10,180 nt of DNA from Myxococcales bacterium (GTDB lineage Bacteria > Myxococcota_A > UBA9042 > JABWCM01 > BTVJ01), in the NCBI GenBank assembly GCA_045863395.1, contig BTVJ01000148.1, forward strand, positions 1-10,180. Reading direction: 5' to 3'. Shown one piece after another: positions 1 through 7,763 of the stretch (position 1 is the first letter of the stretch; every line of letters begins with the position of its first letter). The notes beneath the pieces were generated by a model. The model had not been told where the DNA came from and made no database searches. It saw nothing but the letters and a program-made list of their open reading frames with translations. The translations under genes and the position numbers were made by a program.

Positions 1-99
1 CCAGGCGGTACCCGGCTCGCGAACCCGAAACCGCGATGAAATTTCCTATCCGCCCCGGCTCGCGAACCCGAAACCGCGATGAAATTTCCTATCCGCCTC
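1..99. mobile_element. Putative terminus of an insertion sequence that interrupts the helicase gene (rest of element outside window)
   Basis: Helicase-like coding sequence starts abruptly at 100/101, with an in-frame TGA at 80-82. The reverse complement of the junction reads GAGGCGGATAGGAAATTT, reminiscent of GAG/GGG-starting IRs of the IS256, IS5 or IS1182 families (inference). No partner IR or transposase is visible. Confidence 0.4.
11..96. repeat. Perfect 43-bp tandem direct repeat, 2 copies (11-53, 54-96): CCCGGCTCGCGAACCCGAAACCGCGATGAAATTTCCTATCCGC
   Basis: Read directly. The two copies are identical, and identity breaks at 10 and at 98. The unit is more AT-rich than the flanking coding DNA and contains the palindrome GAAATTTC. 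Confidence 0.95.
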
Positions 100-100
100 G

Positions 101-1534
101 AAGAGCCTGTTCTTCTGCCAGTCGCGGGCGACGACGGAGGCGGTGGCGGAGCAGCTCCGGCGGGCGGGGACGGCGGACTTCGTCCACCACAGCGCCGTGT
201 CGAAGGAGGAGCGGCTCATCGCCGAGGAGCGCTTCCACCACGGGAGCGACGCGTGCGTCGTGTGCACGTCCACGCTGGAGCTGGGCATCGACGTGGGCGA
301 CCTGGACCGGGTGCTGCAAGCCGAGGCGCCGGACACGGTCAGCTCGTTCCTGCAGCGCATGGGCCGCACGGGGCGGCGCCCGGGGCAGGCGGCGAACACG
401 ACCTTCTTCTGCGAGACGACCGACGGTGTGCTGCAGGCGGTGGCGCTCATCGAGCTGGCGCGGGCGGGGTGGGTCGAGAGCGTGACGCTCGACGGGCGCT
501 GCTGGCCGGTGCTGCTCCACCAGCTCCTGGCGCTGGCGCTGGCGGACGACGGAGTTGCGCTGGACGACGCCTGGGAGCACCTGACGAAGGTCCCGGACTT
601 CGCGGCCATCTCGCGCGACGAGGTGGACAGGCTCGTCGCGTGGATGCTGCAGGACGGAGCCCTGCGCCTGGCGGGTGGGCGGCTCGTCCTTGGCCCGAAG
701 GCGGAGCGCCGCTACGGGCGCAAGAACTTCATGGAGCTCTACGCGGTCTTCTCGAGCCCGCAGACCTACACGGTCCAGACGGCGAGCGCGCAGCCCCTCG
801 GCACCCTGACCCAGGCCTTCGTGGACCGCCTCGTGGACGGCGTCAGCAGCTTCCTCCTCGGCGGCCGCGCGTGGGCAGTCCTCACCGTGCGCCACGACGA
901 CCGCCGCGTGATCGTCGAGCCTGCGCCGCGGGGCAGGCAGCCGACCTGGGGCGGCATCCTGCCCCAGTTCCTGGGCCTCGAGGTGTGCCAGGCGGCCCGG
1001 GACGCGCTGCGGGCCGAGGGCCGGCCGGCGTACCTGGACGACGCGGCGTGGGCGGTGCTGAGCGAGCGCCGCGAGGCGATGCGCGGTCTTCTCGACGATC
1101 CGCGGGGCGGCATCGAGGAGCTGGACGCGGACGGCGGGAGCGGCGGGAGCACCGGGACCGGCGGCGAGGTCCGCTGGTGGACCTTCGCCGGGGGCCGCAT
1201 CAACGCGACCCTGCGCTACGCCCTGGAGGCGCTCGGCACGGCCTGGAAGGTCATCCCCGACAACCACGCCCTCCGCATCCGGGGAGAGCACGCGGACGCC
1301 CGAGCAGTGAGGGATGCGCGGGACCGCCTAGCCGACCCGGCGCTCTGGGAGGACACGAAGCTCTGGGCAGAAGTGGCGGAGGGCCTGCCGAGCTACCGGC
1401 TGAGCAAGTTCCAGCCGCTGATGCCCCCGTGGGCAGAGCGTGAGGTGCTGGCGCGGACGCTTCTGGACGTGGACGGGGCGCGGCGGTGGGTGGTGGGGGG
1501 GAGCGAGATGGTCACTCACACGGGACCTGGGTAG
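101..1534 (+). pseudogene. 5'-truncated Lhr-family SF2 DEAD/DEAH-box helicase, BrxHI-like (type 2 BREX/Pgl-associated type); only RecA2 domain and C-terminal regions present
   Basis: The frame of ORF 143..1534 extends upstream to 101 as KSLFFCQSRATTEAVAE (motif IV). It continues with FVHHSAVSKEER, motif V CTSTLELGIDVGDLD, motif VI SFLQRMGRTGRR and the Lhr-like C-terminal segment (NFMELYAVFSSP, FLLGGRAW, WWTFAGGRIN). There is no Walker A or DEAH box, an in-frame stop lies at 80-82, and third codon positions are strongly G/C. The BrxHI-like label is recalled family resemblance; brxD/pgl genes are not in the window. Confidence 0.85.
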
Positions 1535-1738
1535 CGAGCACTGCGGCGAGCTCCGCCTCCCACGGGTTGCCATCCCGCGAGAGCACGTCCGTCTGTCAGC
1601 GGTGGGTCGGTCTTCCCCAGGACAGGAGCGGCGTCCGTGCTGTCCCACACTCGAAGTGCTGGACGCACCGCGACTCTGAAGGGACGACGCACCCGCCGAG
1701 GAGGGAAGCTGGCCCGGGCCGGGGCGGGTCTTCCGCTC

Positions 1739-4700
1739 CTACGCGTCCTCCCGCCAGAAGTACCGGGCGCCGCGCTTGTTGCCGACCTGAAACACCGATT
1801 CGTCTGCTTGGAGCGCCTCGATGACCCCCCTCCAAGACGACTCGTCAAGGCCGATCGCGTCCAAGACCTCGCCTTTGCTGACCCCAAACGCGGACCCACG
1901 GATCAGTGCCCGTACTCGCGCGAGATCGTCCTCATTCGCGCGGGGAGACCGAGAGGGGGTTGCCCGGGGAGCGGCTGACCGATCTGGTGCCTCGCCCGGA
2001 GGATAGTACCTGGCTCCCCTCCGCTCGCCGGCGCGGGTCACGGCCTTACGGTCCTCGAGACGCTTGATGGTGCTTTGCCACATGGACTCGGGCATCTGAG
2101 TAGCTGCGAGGATCTCGGACTTGCTCGCGCCGTTCGGTGCGTGACGGACGCACTCGAGAACCAGCTCGTCGATGGTGGCCAGGACGTCGCCGGCACTCGA
2201 GAATGTGACCGATGACGGGTCAAGCTCTGGTTGCTGCGAGGCGCTGAGCGAGGCACCGTCCACCTGGCGCAGCGCCGGTGGCGGCTGGTGGCTCGCGGTA
2301 CGAGCGTCGTGCCGCGGAGGAGAGGTCACGACATTCGAGACCGTGGACGCCGGACCCCTCGCAGGGGGCGAATCGGGAAACTCTAGCGGTTCCTGGTCGC
2401 TCGGCGCGGGGTCTGGCTCCCAGGTCGGCAGCGCGACGCTCGTCGTGGTCGAATCTGGGCTGGTGTCACCCTGAGCGGCCCGGGCCGACTCCACGGACCC
2501 GAGTTCGGAGACCGGTTCGTCCCCGGCTACGTCGGTTCCCGATGCTGTGAGAGACGGTAGAGTCCCTGGTGGTGTGATGCCCAGCCGCTCGAGTTCGCGC
2601 CAAACAGGCCCCATGGCCGCCTCAGCGTCCCAGTAGAACGCGCTCGCACGAACCCGCGCGAAGATCCAGCCAGCCCGCTCGAGCTGCCGCTGCCGGACCA
2701 TGTCGGCCTCGTACCGGTCGAGCCCGTGCCAACGGTCTCCGTCGCACTCGACCGCCAACCGGGTGTCAGTGCCCTGCACGACCAGATCGATCCGGAACCT
2801 GTGAGATGTCTGATCGCCAGCCGAAACCTGTGTCAGAACGCGATATCCCCTGCCGCGCAGGACCATGCACACGTCACGCTCGAAGTCGGATTCGAAGGCG
2901 TCGGACGCCACCTCGCGACCCGCGTCAGTAATCCCGTGGAAGTGCGATAGAAGTTGGCGGCGGACGCATGAGGCGCCAAGGTGGTCGAGCGTGACCGAGT
3001 GAAACAACCACAGTTGATCACGCGCCCGGCTTCCTGCGACATTGAAGCGTTGCACCGCGCTCGAAGTCGTCATTGTGGCGAAGCGCTCGTTGGGCGCGCT
3101 CACCATGGAGAGGAATATCACGTCCCGCTCGTCGCCCTGGAACGCGTACGAGTCTCCGCAAACAATCTGCCTCTCCTCCATCATCTCGGGGCCGACGCGG
3201 CGGACCAGGTCCTCGTGAACGACCCGCGCCTGCGCCTCCCCGAGCAGAGAGATCACGCCGAATGACTTCGTCGCGTAGCGCGGATCGCGCAGGCACGCTT
3301 CGATCTGGTCCGCAATAGCCAACGCCTCGGGGCGGTTGATCGTGCGGCCGGATGCGCCGGTCTGGAACCCGTCCCCCACATGACAGGAGATGAGCGGATC
3401 GAGTCTCGAAGGGGGATAGGTACGCAGGGGGACGAGAGGGGTGCCGAGAGGCGCGTAGCACAGCTTGTTGGAAAACTCGATGATCTCAGGCATGCACCGA
3501 AAGTGCTCCCTCAAGACGATCTTCCCGGCGAAGCGGATCTGAGCATGGTCGTACAGACTGCTCGTTGGCCCGAGGGCGGCGTGGAAAGGGATCCCATCGA
3601 GGTAGCGGCGCTGGAGCTCATTGACCTGATCTGTGTTCACGCCAACCCCCGAGGGGCTGATCTGCTGGTCGTCCCCGACGACCACGACCTTCTTGCCGAG
3701 GTAATAGAGGAAGAGTCCGTCGACGCCGGTCTGGCTCGCCTCGTCGACGATGACGACATCGAAGAGCTCTGGTGCGACCTCCAGGGTCTCGCTGACCCGA
3801 TACCGCGGCATGATCCAAGCAGGGATGGAGCCGACGCACTCGGACATGTTCGACCGCGCTTCGGCGCGGTAGCGCTCGGCGTTCTTGCCAGTTCCCTTGC
3901 CGACCTTCTTCACCGCGAACTGCCACCCCTGGATCGCCTCTCGCTCCTTCTGGGTCAGGCGGCTCAGGAACGCCTGCCACGCGCGCTCTGCGGCGAGCTC
4001 CCCGAGCTGCCGCTCCATGGCCCGCTCCTCCAGCGCTACGGTTTCACGGAGACGCTCTTGCCGCTGCGGGTCATTGCGGCGGCGTAGCCATCGCACGGTG
4101 TCCGCGAATCTCCAGGCCTCCTCCAGGCGCTCGAGCCTTGGCCCCCACGCTGGGTCCGTGAGGTCCAGGACAATCGCGTCTACCAGATCCGGTGCGGCGG
4201 CGCGCATGGGGGTCTCGATGCTTCGGGCCTCGACCAGCCGTACGCTGTCCTGCTCCAGCGCGGCGAGTGTTCGCCAGGCGGCCACCCAAGCGTCGGCGTC
4301 ACGTGCCTCGAGGGCTCTGCGCAAGGCATCGAGGACTTCATGGGCATTGGGGCGGGTGGCTGCGGCTCGCAGGGCGTCCTCGATCTGCTGGCGCGCGGCC
4401 ACCAGGACGGCGAGTGCTTCCTCGGCCTTCAGCGCCTCCCCGGCTCGCACCACCTCTGTGGGGCCATTCCGCCAGTCTGGCATTGGAAGCGCGGGAGCGC
4501 CGCCCAACATGGAGCGCTCGGCGGCCAGGGCTGCGTCTGACGCCTTCAACGCAGCCTCCAAGGCCGAACAGTGATCCACCAGCTCGGCGAGCTGCATGCG
4601 GAGACCGGTCGTGGCTGGCGCCGCTCGTCCCGTCCACTCGGTCCAGGCGCGCGCCAGTGTCTCCTCAGCTTCGAGGCGGCCGACGAGTGTCTCCAGAACG

Positions 4701-7024
4701 TCGATCGTCTCCGCAGGTTGCCCGTCGACGGTCACCTCCTTCTTGAGATACATGCGCGGCTTGACGTCGGCGGGCACGAACCCCAGGCGGCTCCAGCGGC
4801 CCCCCATCGTAAGATGATCGAGCATCGTGCGCGCGTCGGACAATGCCGTGCGGCGGTCCCGGTTCTCCAGGCCCCGAACGTGGACGTCCTCCCACTTCGC
4901 GACGGTGGGCGTCAGCTGCCCGACGGCGTGTGTCGTCAACTCGTGGAGAGCCAACCAAGCCTGGTGTCGCCCTGCGAGCAGCTGGTCGAGGCTCTCCGGC
5001 AACCACTTGTTCGTCCGTGTGCTCAGGGCAGTGAGGAGGGAGCTGGCTGTCCGGACCGCGTCCAGGAGCCCGGAGCGATCAACCGGGCTCCAGGCTCGGA
5101 GAGCTCGCATGGACTCGGACTTCAGGATAGGACCGTGAGCCGCCAGGGCATCTTCTGCTGCGCGCTCGTCGCGCAACATTCGTGTGACCTCGGTGGTGCC
5201 GGGGAGATCCCGCGTCGGGATGCGGTGGCGCAGGATCTCCTCGCGCCGTGCCTCCGGCAGCGCGCGCATTGTTTCCAGCCAGCGTAGTGCCTGGGCGCCG
5301 GTCACGGGCGCCATCTCCGGTGCGTCGTCTGCTAGGGTGAGCCACCCGTGGATCGGGCGCTCGTCTGCGATGCGCCGCGCGATCTGTGCCGCGGTGCCCC
5401 TATACGCCCCTTGGGCGATGCTGACGGGGAGAGTCTCACTCTCGCGAACGGTCCGAAGCTCCGCCTGGGCCTGCGCGGAGGCGCCGCGGGAGCGCTGGAG
5501 GCCCGCTTCGAGCTCGGTGATTCTCCTTTGTTGGGCGTCAGGGCTCCAGTCCTTGTGACGCAGGCCGATGGCGGTGACGGAGCGGGCCATCTCCTGGTAG
5601 GAGCCGGTGTCGGCGCCGAGCAGACTCACGCACAGCGGTTGGATGGCTTCGGGGAGCTTCGCCTTGAGGACCGATAGCGCGCGGGGCGTCTCGCTCGTCA
5701 CGAGGATGCGCTGGCCAGTTGCCAGGCAGTGGGCGATGAGGTTCGCGATGGTGTGGCTCTTGCCGGTCCCGGGGGGGCCCTGAACTAGGACCCCTCGCCG
5801 TCGCTCCAACTCACGCAGGATACGACGCTGCTCCTCGTTCGTCGGGAGCGGAAAGTAGACTTCTCCGTCGGCGGGTAGAGGAGCTCGCGCCGCCGCGCCG
5901 CCGCCCGCTGCAGTTGGAGGAGCGCCGCGCCCGCCCGACGCGGGAGCGTGGTCGTCGAGCGGTTCCACAAGTCGCGCTAGTCCGAAGGGTACGGGGCTTC
6001 CCGCCTCGATTTGCGAGATCAGCTGGTCGTAGGTCCTGAGCAGGCTCCTGCTGGTGCGCTTTCGCAAGATCAGCGCCGGGGCGAGGTCCACCATGGGAGC
6101 CGCCCCCGACCCGGTGCGCGGATCGAGGCGCGGCTGCCAGGAGGCATCAGGGTGTAGCGAGGTCGTCCAAGTGATCAGCGCCTGCGTGAGCTGGGGTGCG
6201 AGAGGGTCATCACCGGACTCGCTGATGAGCCCTTGGGTGGTGGTCACGTACTGCTGGGTCGGACGATCCGTCGGCTCGATGAACTCGTCCTCGAGCTGAA
6301 GTGCGGCCCCTTCGGGCGGGGGCGGCGCGTCCACTACGAACACCCCTCGCTTTTCGTCGAACGAGAGCTCCGCTCGTGCGACGACCAAGTGGCGGCGGAT
6401 TTCCTGCCCCTGGGGGTCTTGCCACGTCAGGAGCCCAAGCCCCATGACGAGCTCAAACGCCTCCCCCATGCGCTTGTGTGCCTGGTACATTGCGAACAGC
6501 TCACCGTACAGTCGCTGCACGGGGGCCTTCGCCTCATAGTCGGCGGCCCAGGCACTCCACCGTGACAGGTACTGGTCGTAGGCAGCCCGGACCTCCGGGT
6601 GGTCGCCGACCCATTGCTCACGAGTCCGCTCTTCTCCGTCTGTGGGGTCCCGGTCCGTGACGACGGCGCGCTCGTTCAAAGTGGGCGGCGGTCCGTCCGA
6701 CCTCTCGAGGGCTGCCGTGGAGACCCAGGGTCGAAGGGCGAGCGGAAGCGCCGGGACCCGCGGAAGCTGCTGCTTGTGAACCTCGAGCCAGTGAGAGGTA
6801 GCAGGCCCGGGCGCCGTCCACAGGCTGGAAATGCAGCCGGGGTGCCGTGGGACCTTGTGTAACCAGAGGACCGTGCCGTCTGTGGCGTACTGGTCCACGC
6901 GGCGTATGACGCGTATGCCGGTCCGGACGTACTCCCGCAGGTAGTGAAGGAGCCGTATCGCCTTGTCACGGGTCGGAGATGGCGCCGATGCGCCCGCAGT
7001 GGGATCTTCGTGTTTGGGATTCAT
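1739..7024 (-). CDS. 1761-aa Upf1/DNA2/NAM7-like SF1 helicase (AAA_11/AAA_12) fused to a Vsr/DUF559/MTES_1575-like nuclease and two C-terminal winged-helix-like repeats; probable anti-phage helicase-nuclease
   Basis: Uninterrupted ORF. Helicase motifs: Q-motif-like PTNEEQ, Walker A QGPPGTGKS (G416), Walker B VVIVDEASQ (D1094), motif III VGDDQQISP, LREHFRC, motif V DSYAFQGDERD, motif VI RFNVAGSRAR. Nuclease region from about residue 1377: FESDFERDV...FRIDLVV...LAVECDGDRWH...DMVRQRQLERAGW. Confidence 0.93.
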   Translation of the reverse strand: MNPKHEDPTAGASAPSPTRDKAIRLLHYLREYVRTGIRVIRRVDQYATDGTVLWLHKVPRHPGCISSLWTAPGPATSHWLEVHKQQLPRVPALPLALRPWVSTAALERSDGPPPTLNERAVVTDRDPTDGEERTREQWVGDHPEVRAAYDQYLSRWSAWAADYEAKAPVQRLYGELFAMYQAHKRMGEAFELVMGLGLLTWQDPQGQEIRRHLVVARAELSFDEKRGVFVVDAPPPPEGAALQLEDEFIEPTDRPTQQYVTTTQGLISESGDDPLAPQLTQALITWTTSLHPDASWQPRLDPRTGSGAAPMVDLAPALILRKRTSRSLLRTYDQLISQIEAGSPVPFGLARLVEPLDDHAPASGGRGAPPTAAGGGAAARAPLPADGEVYFPLPTNEEQRRILRELERRRGVLVQGPPGTGKSHTIANLIAHCLATGQRILVTSETPRALSVLKAKLPEAIQPLCVSLLGADTGSYQEMARSVTAIGLRHKDWSPDAQQRRITELEAGLQRSRGASAQAQAELRTVRESETLPVSIAQGAYRGTAAQIARRIADERPIHGWLTLADDAPEMAPVTGAQALRWLETMRALPEARREEILRHRIPTRDLPGTTEVTRMLRDERAAEDALAAHGPILKSESMRALRAWSPVDRSGLLDAVRTASSLLTALSTRTNKWLPESLDQLLAGRHQAWLALHELTTHAVGQLTPTVAKWEDVHVRGLENRDRRTALSDARTMLDHLTMGGRWSRLGFVPADVKPRMYLKKEVTVDGQPAETIDVLETLVGRLEAEETLARAWTEWTGRAAPATTGLRMQLAELVDHCSALEAALKASDAALAAERSMLGGAPALPMPDWRNGPTEVVRAGEALKAEEALAVLVAARQQIEDALRAAATRPNAHEVLDALRRALEARDADAWVAAWRTLAALEQDSVRLVEARSIETPMRAAAPDLVDAIVLDLTDPAWGPRLERLEEAWRFADTVRWLRRRNDPQRQERLRETVALEERAMERQLGELAAERAWQAFLSRLTQKEREAIQGWQFAVKKVGKGTGKNAERYRAEARSNMSECVGSIPAWIMPRYRVSETLEVAPELFDVVIVDEASQTGVDGLFLYYLGKKVVVVGDDQQISPSGVGVNTDQVNELQRRYLDGIPFHAALGPTSSLYDHAQIRFAGKIVLREHFRCMPEIIEFSNKLCYAPLGTPLVPLRTYPPSRLDPLISCHVGDGFQTGASGRTINRPEALAIADQIEACLRDPRYATKSFGVISLLGEAQARVVHEDLVRRVGPEMMEERQIVCGDSYAFQGDERDVIFLSMVSAPNERFATMTTSSAVQRFNVAGSRARDQLWLFHSVTLDHLGASCVRRQLLSHFHGITDAGREVASDAFESDFERDVCMVLRGRGYRVLTQVSAGDQTSHRFRIDLVVQGTDTRLAVECDGDRWHGLDRYEADMVRQRQLERAGWIFARVRASAFYWDAEAAMGPVWRELERLGITPPGTLPSLTASGTDVAGDEPVSELGSVESARAAQGDTSPDSTTTSVALPTWEPDPAPSDQEPLEFPDSPPARGPASTVSNVVTSPPRHDARTASHQPPPALRQVDGASLSASQQPELDPSSVTFSSAGDVLATIDELVLECVRHAPNGASKSEILAATQMPESMWQSTIKRLEDRKAVTRAGERRGARYYPPGEAPDRSAAPRATPSRSPRANEDDLARVRALIRGSAFGVSKGEVLDAIGLDESSWRGVIEALQADESVFQVGNKRGARYFWREDA
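1757..2173 (-). repeat. Two protein-level tandem repeats (~57 aa, residues 1618-1674 and 1700-1756), winged-helix-like, at the C-terminus of the large helicase-nuclease
   Basis: Ungapped manual alignment gives 20/57 identities, with consensus GxSKxE(I/V)LxA...ESxWxxxIxxL...VxxxGx(R/K)RGARY. The wHTH fold is inferred from the three-helix plus beta-hairpin-like pattern. Confidence 0.8.
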
Positions 7025-7031
7025 GGCTCAG

Positions 7032-7036
7032 CCCCC
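7032..7036 (-). promoter_or_regulatory. Possible weak ribosome-binding site of the helicase-nuclease gene
   Basis: GGGGG lies 7 nt upstream of the ATG at 7024 on the minus strand. It is non-canonical and such runs are common in high-GC DNA. Confidence 0.3.
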
Positions 7037-7573
7037 AGGACGGTCTACACGTTGCGAACGGTGAGCGCCGACGATTGTGTGGGCGCGGTGCGCGCAGGTG
7101 GGGCTCGCCACGGGTCGGGTTGGTTCGGCAGTGTTGCCCGGCAGGCGCGACACACCCTTGGTGGCACTTCAGCGCTGGCGCTCCCCGCACTCAGTGCCTC
7201 CGCATGAGCCTCGGTCCGAATGGCTGCGGTGGTCATGGTCTTCCCCACAAGCCCTGGTCGCGCCGCCCACCGGATACCGGGGCCCGCGTAGACCCCAACC
7301 CACGGCGGCTGTACCCACCCTGGCCCCTCCAGGTCTTCCACCGCCGAGGAGCCGGGTCGCTCTCTTGTGCCATCCTCCTGCCCGCAGCGCAAGGGGACGG
7401 CGCGGGCGCGGTCGGCGTGAGGCACCCTTTTGCCTGGCTCGGAGTGATCCCCGTGATGGCGTGGCTCGAGATCGTGGGACACCAAGACGACGGGTGGATC
7501 GCACACGCCCACGGCTCGTCGGTCGAACTGGGCGCCGCGCACGATTCATCGCGGCTCGGAAGAGGCTCGGCGC

Positions 7574-7581
7574 TCCGTCCC
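7574..7581. repeat. Target-site duplication, left copy (TCCGTCCC)
   Basis: Identical to 9137-9144 and directly adjacent to the IR. Confidence 0.88.
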
Positions 7582-7596
7582 CAGTACCTTCTACAG
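7582..7596. repeat. IS terminal inverted repeat (downstream of transposase, IRR)
   Basis: 13/15 match to the reverse complement of 9122-9136. Confidence 0.88.
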
Positions 7597-7763
7597 GTGA
7601 TCGCGGGCAGTCCCCGGCAGAGCCACGGTGCGGTAGCCGACGAGGTCGGGCCGGCGGTGAGCACGCAGTGCCCCCTTTCCCCCGGTCTGGATCCGCTTGT
7701 CGGACCGGCCCGCGGCTCCGGCGGGCGGGCTGGTCGGTGGGGCGTTGCCGGAGCGCCCGATGA

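Noticed and set aside
11..96. CRISPR array or iteron interpretation of the 43-bp repeat
   Set aside because: There are only two copies, directly abutting with no spacer, and no cas or rep gene is visible.
143..145. GTG at 143 as the native start of a complete helicase
   Set aside because: Conserved motif IV sequence continues in frame upstream to 101, and the Walker A/DEAH domain is missing. Incidental restart cannot be excluded.
36..1443. Long alternative ORFs 36..485, 79..1443 (+) and 46..609, 89..1291 (-)
   Set aside because: These are Arg/Gly/Pro/Ala-rich off-frame or antisense shadows of the helicase. The shared MKFPIR starts come only from the ATG inside each repeat copy.
1535..1738. 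Bidirectional intrinsic terminator between the convergent genes
   Set aside because: Only weak, interrupted pairings were found (for example GCGTCC...GGACGC), with no U-tract on either strand.
1821..6969. Many small ORFs nested in or antisense to the 1761-aa gene
   Set aside because: They are typical high-GC shadow frames without motifs, fully overlapping a well-supported gene.
1739..7024. Naming the large gene hhe, mokosh or recD
   Set aside because: I recognise no DUF4011/DUF3320, kinase or PLD domain, and the motifs are Upf1-like rather than RecD-like, so no symbol is assigned.
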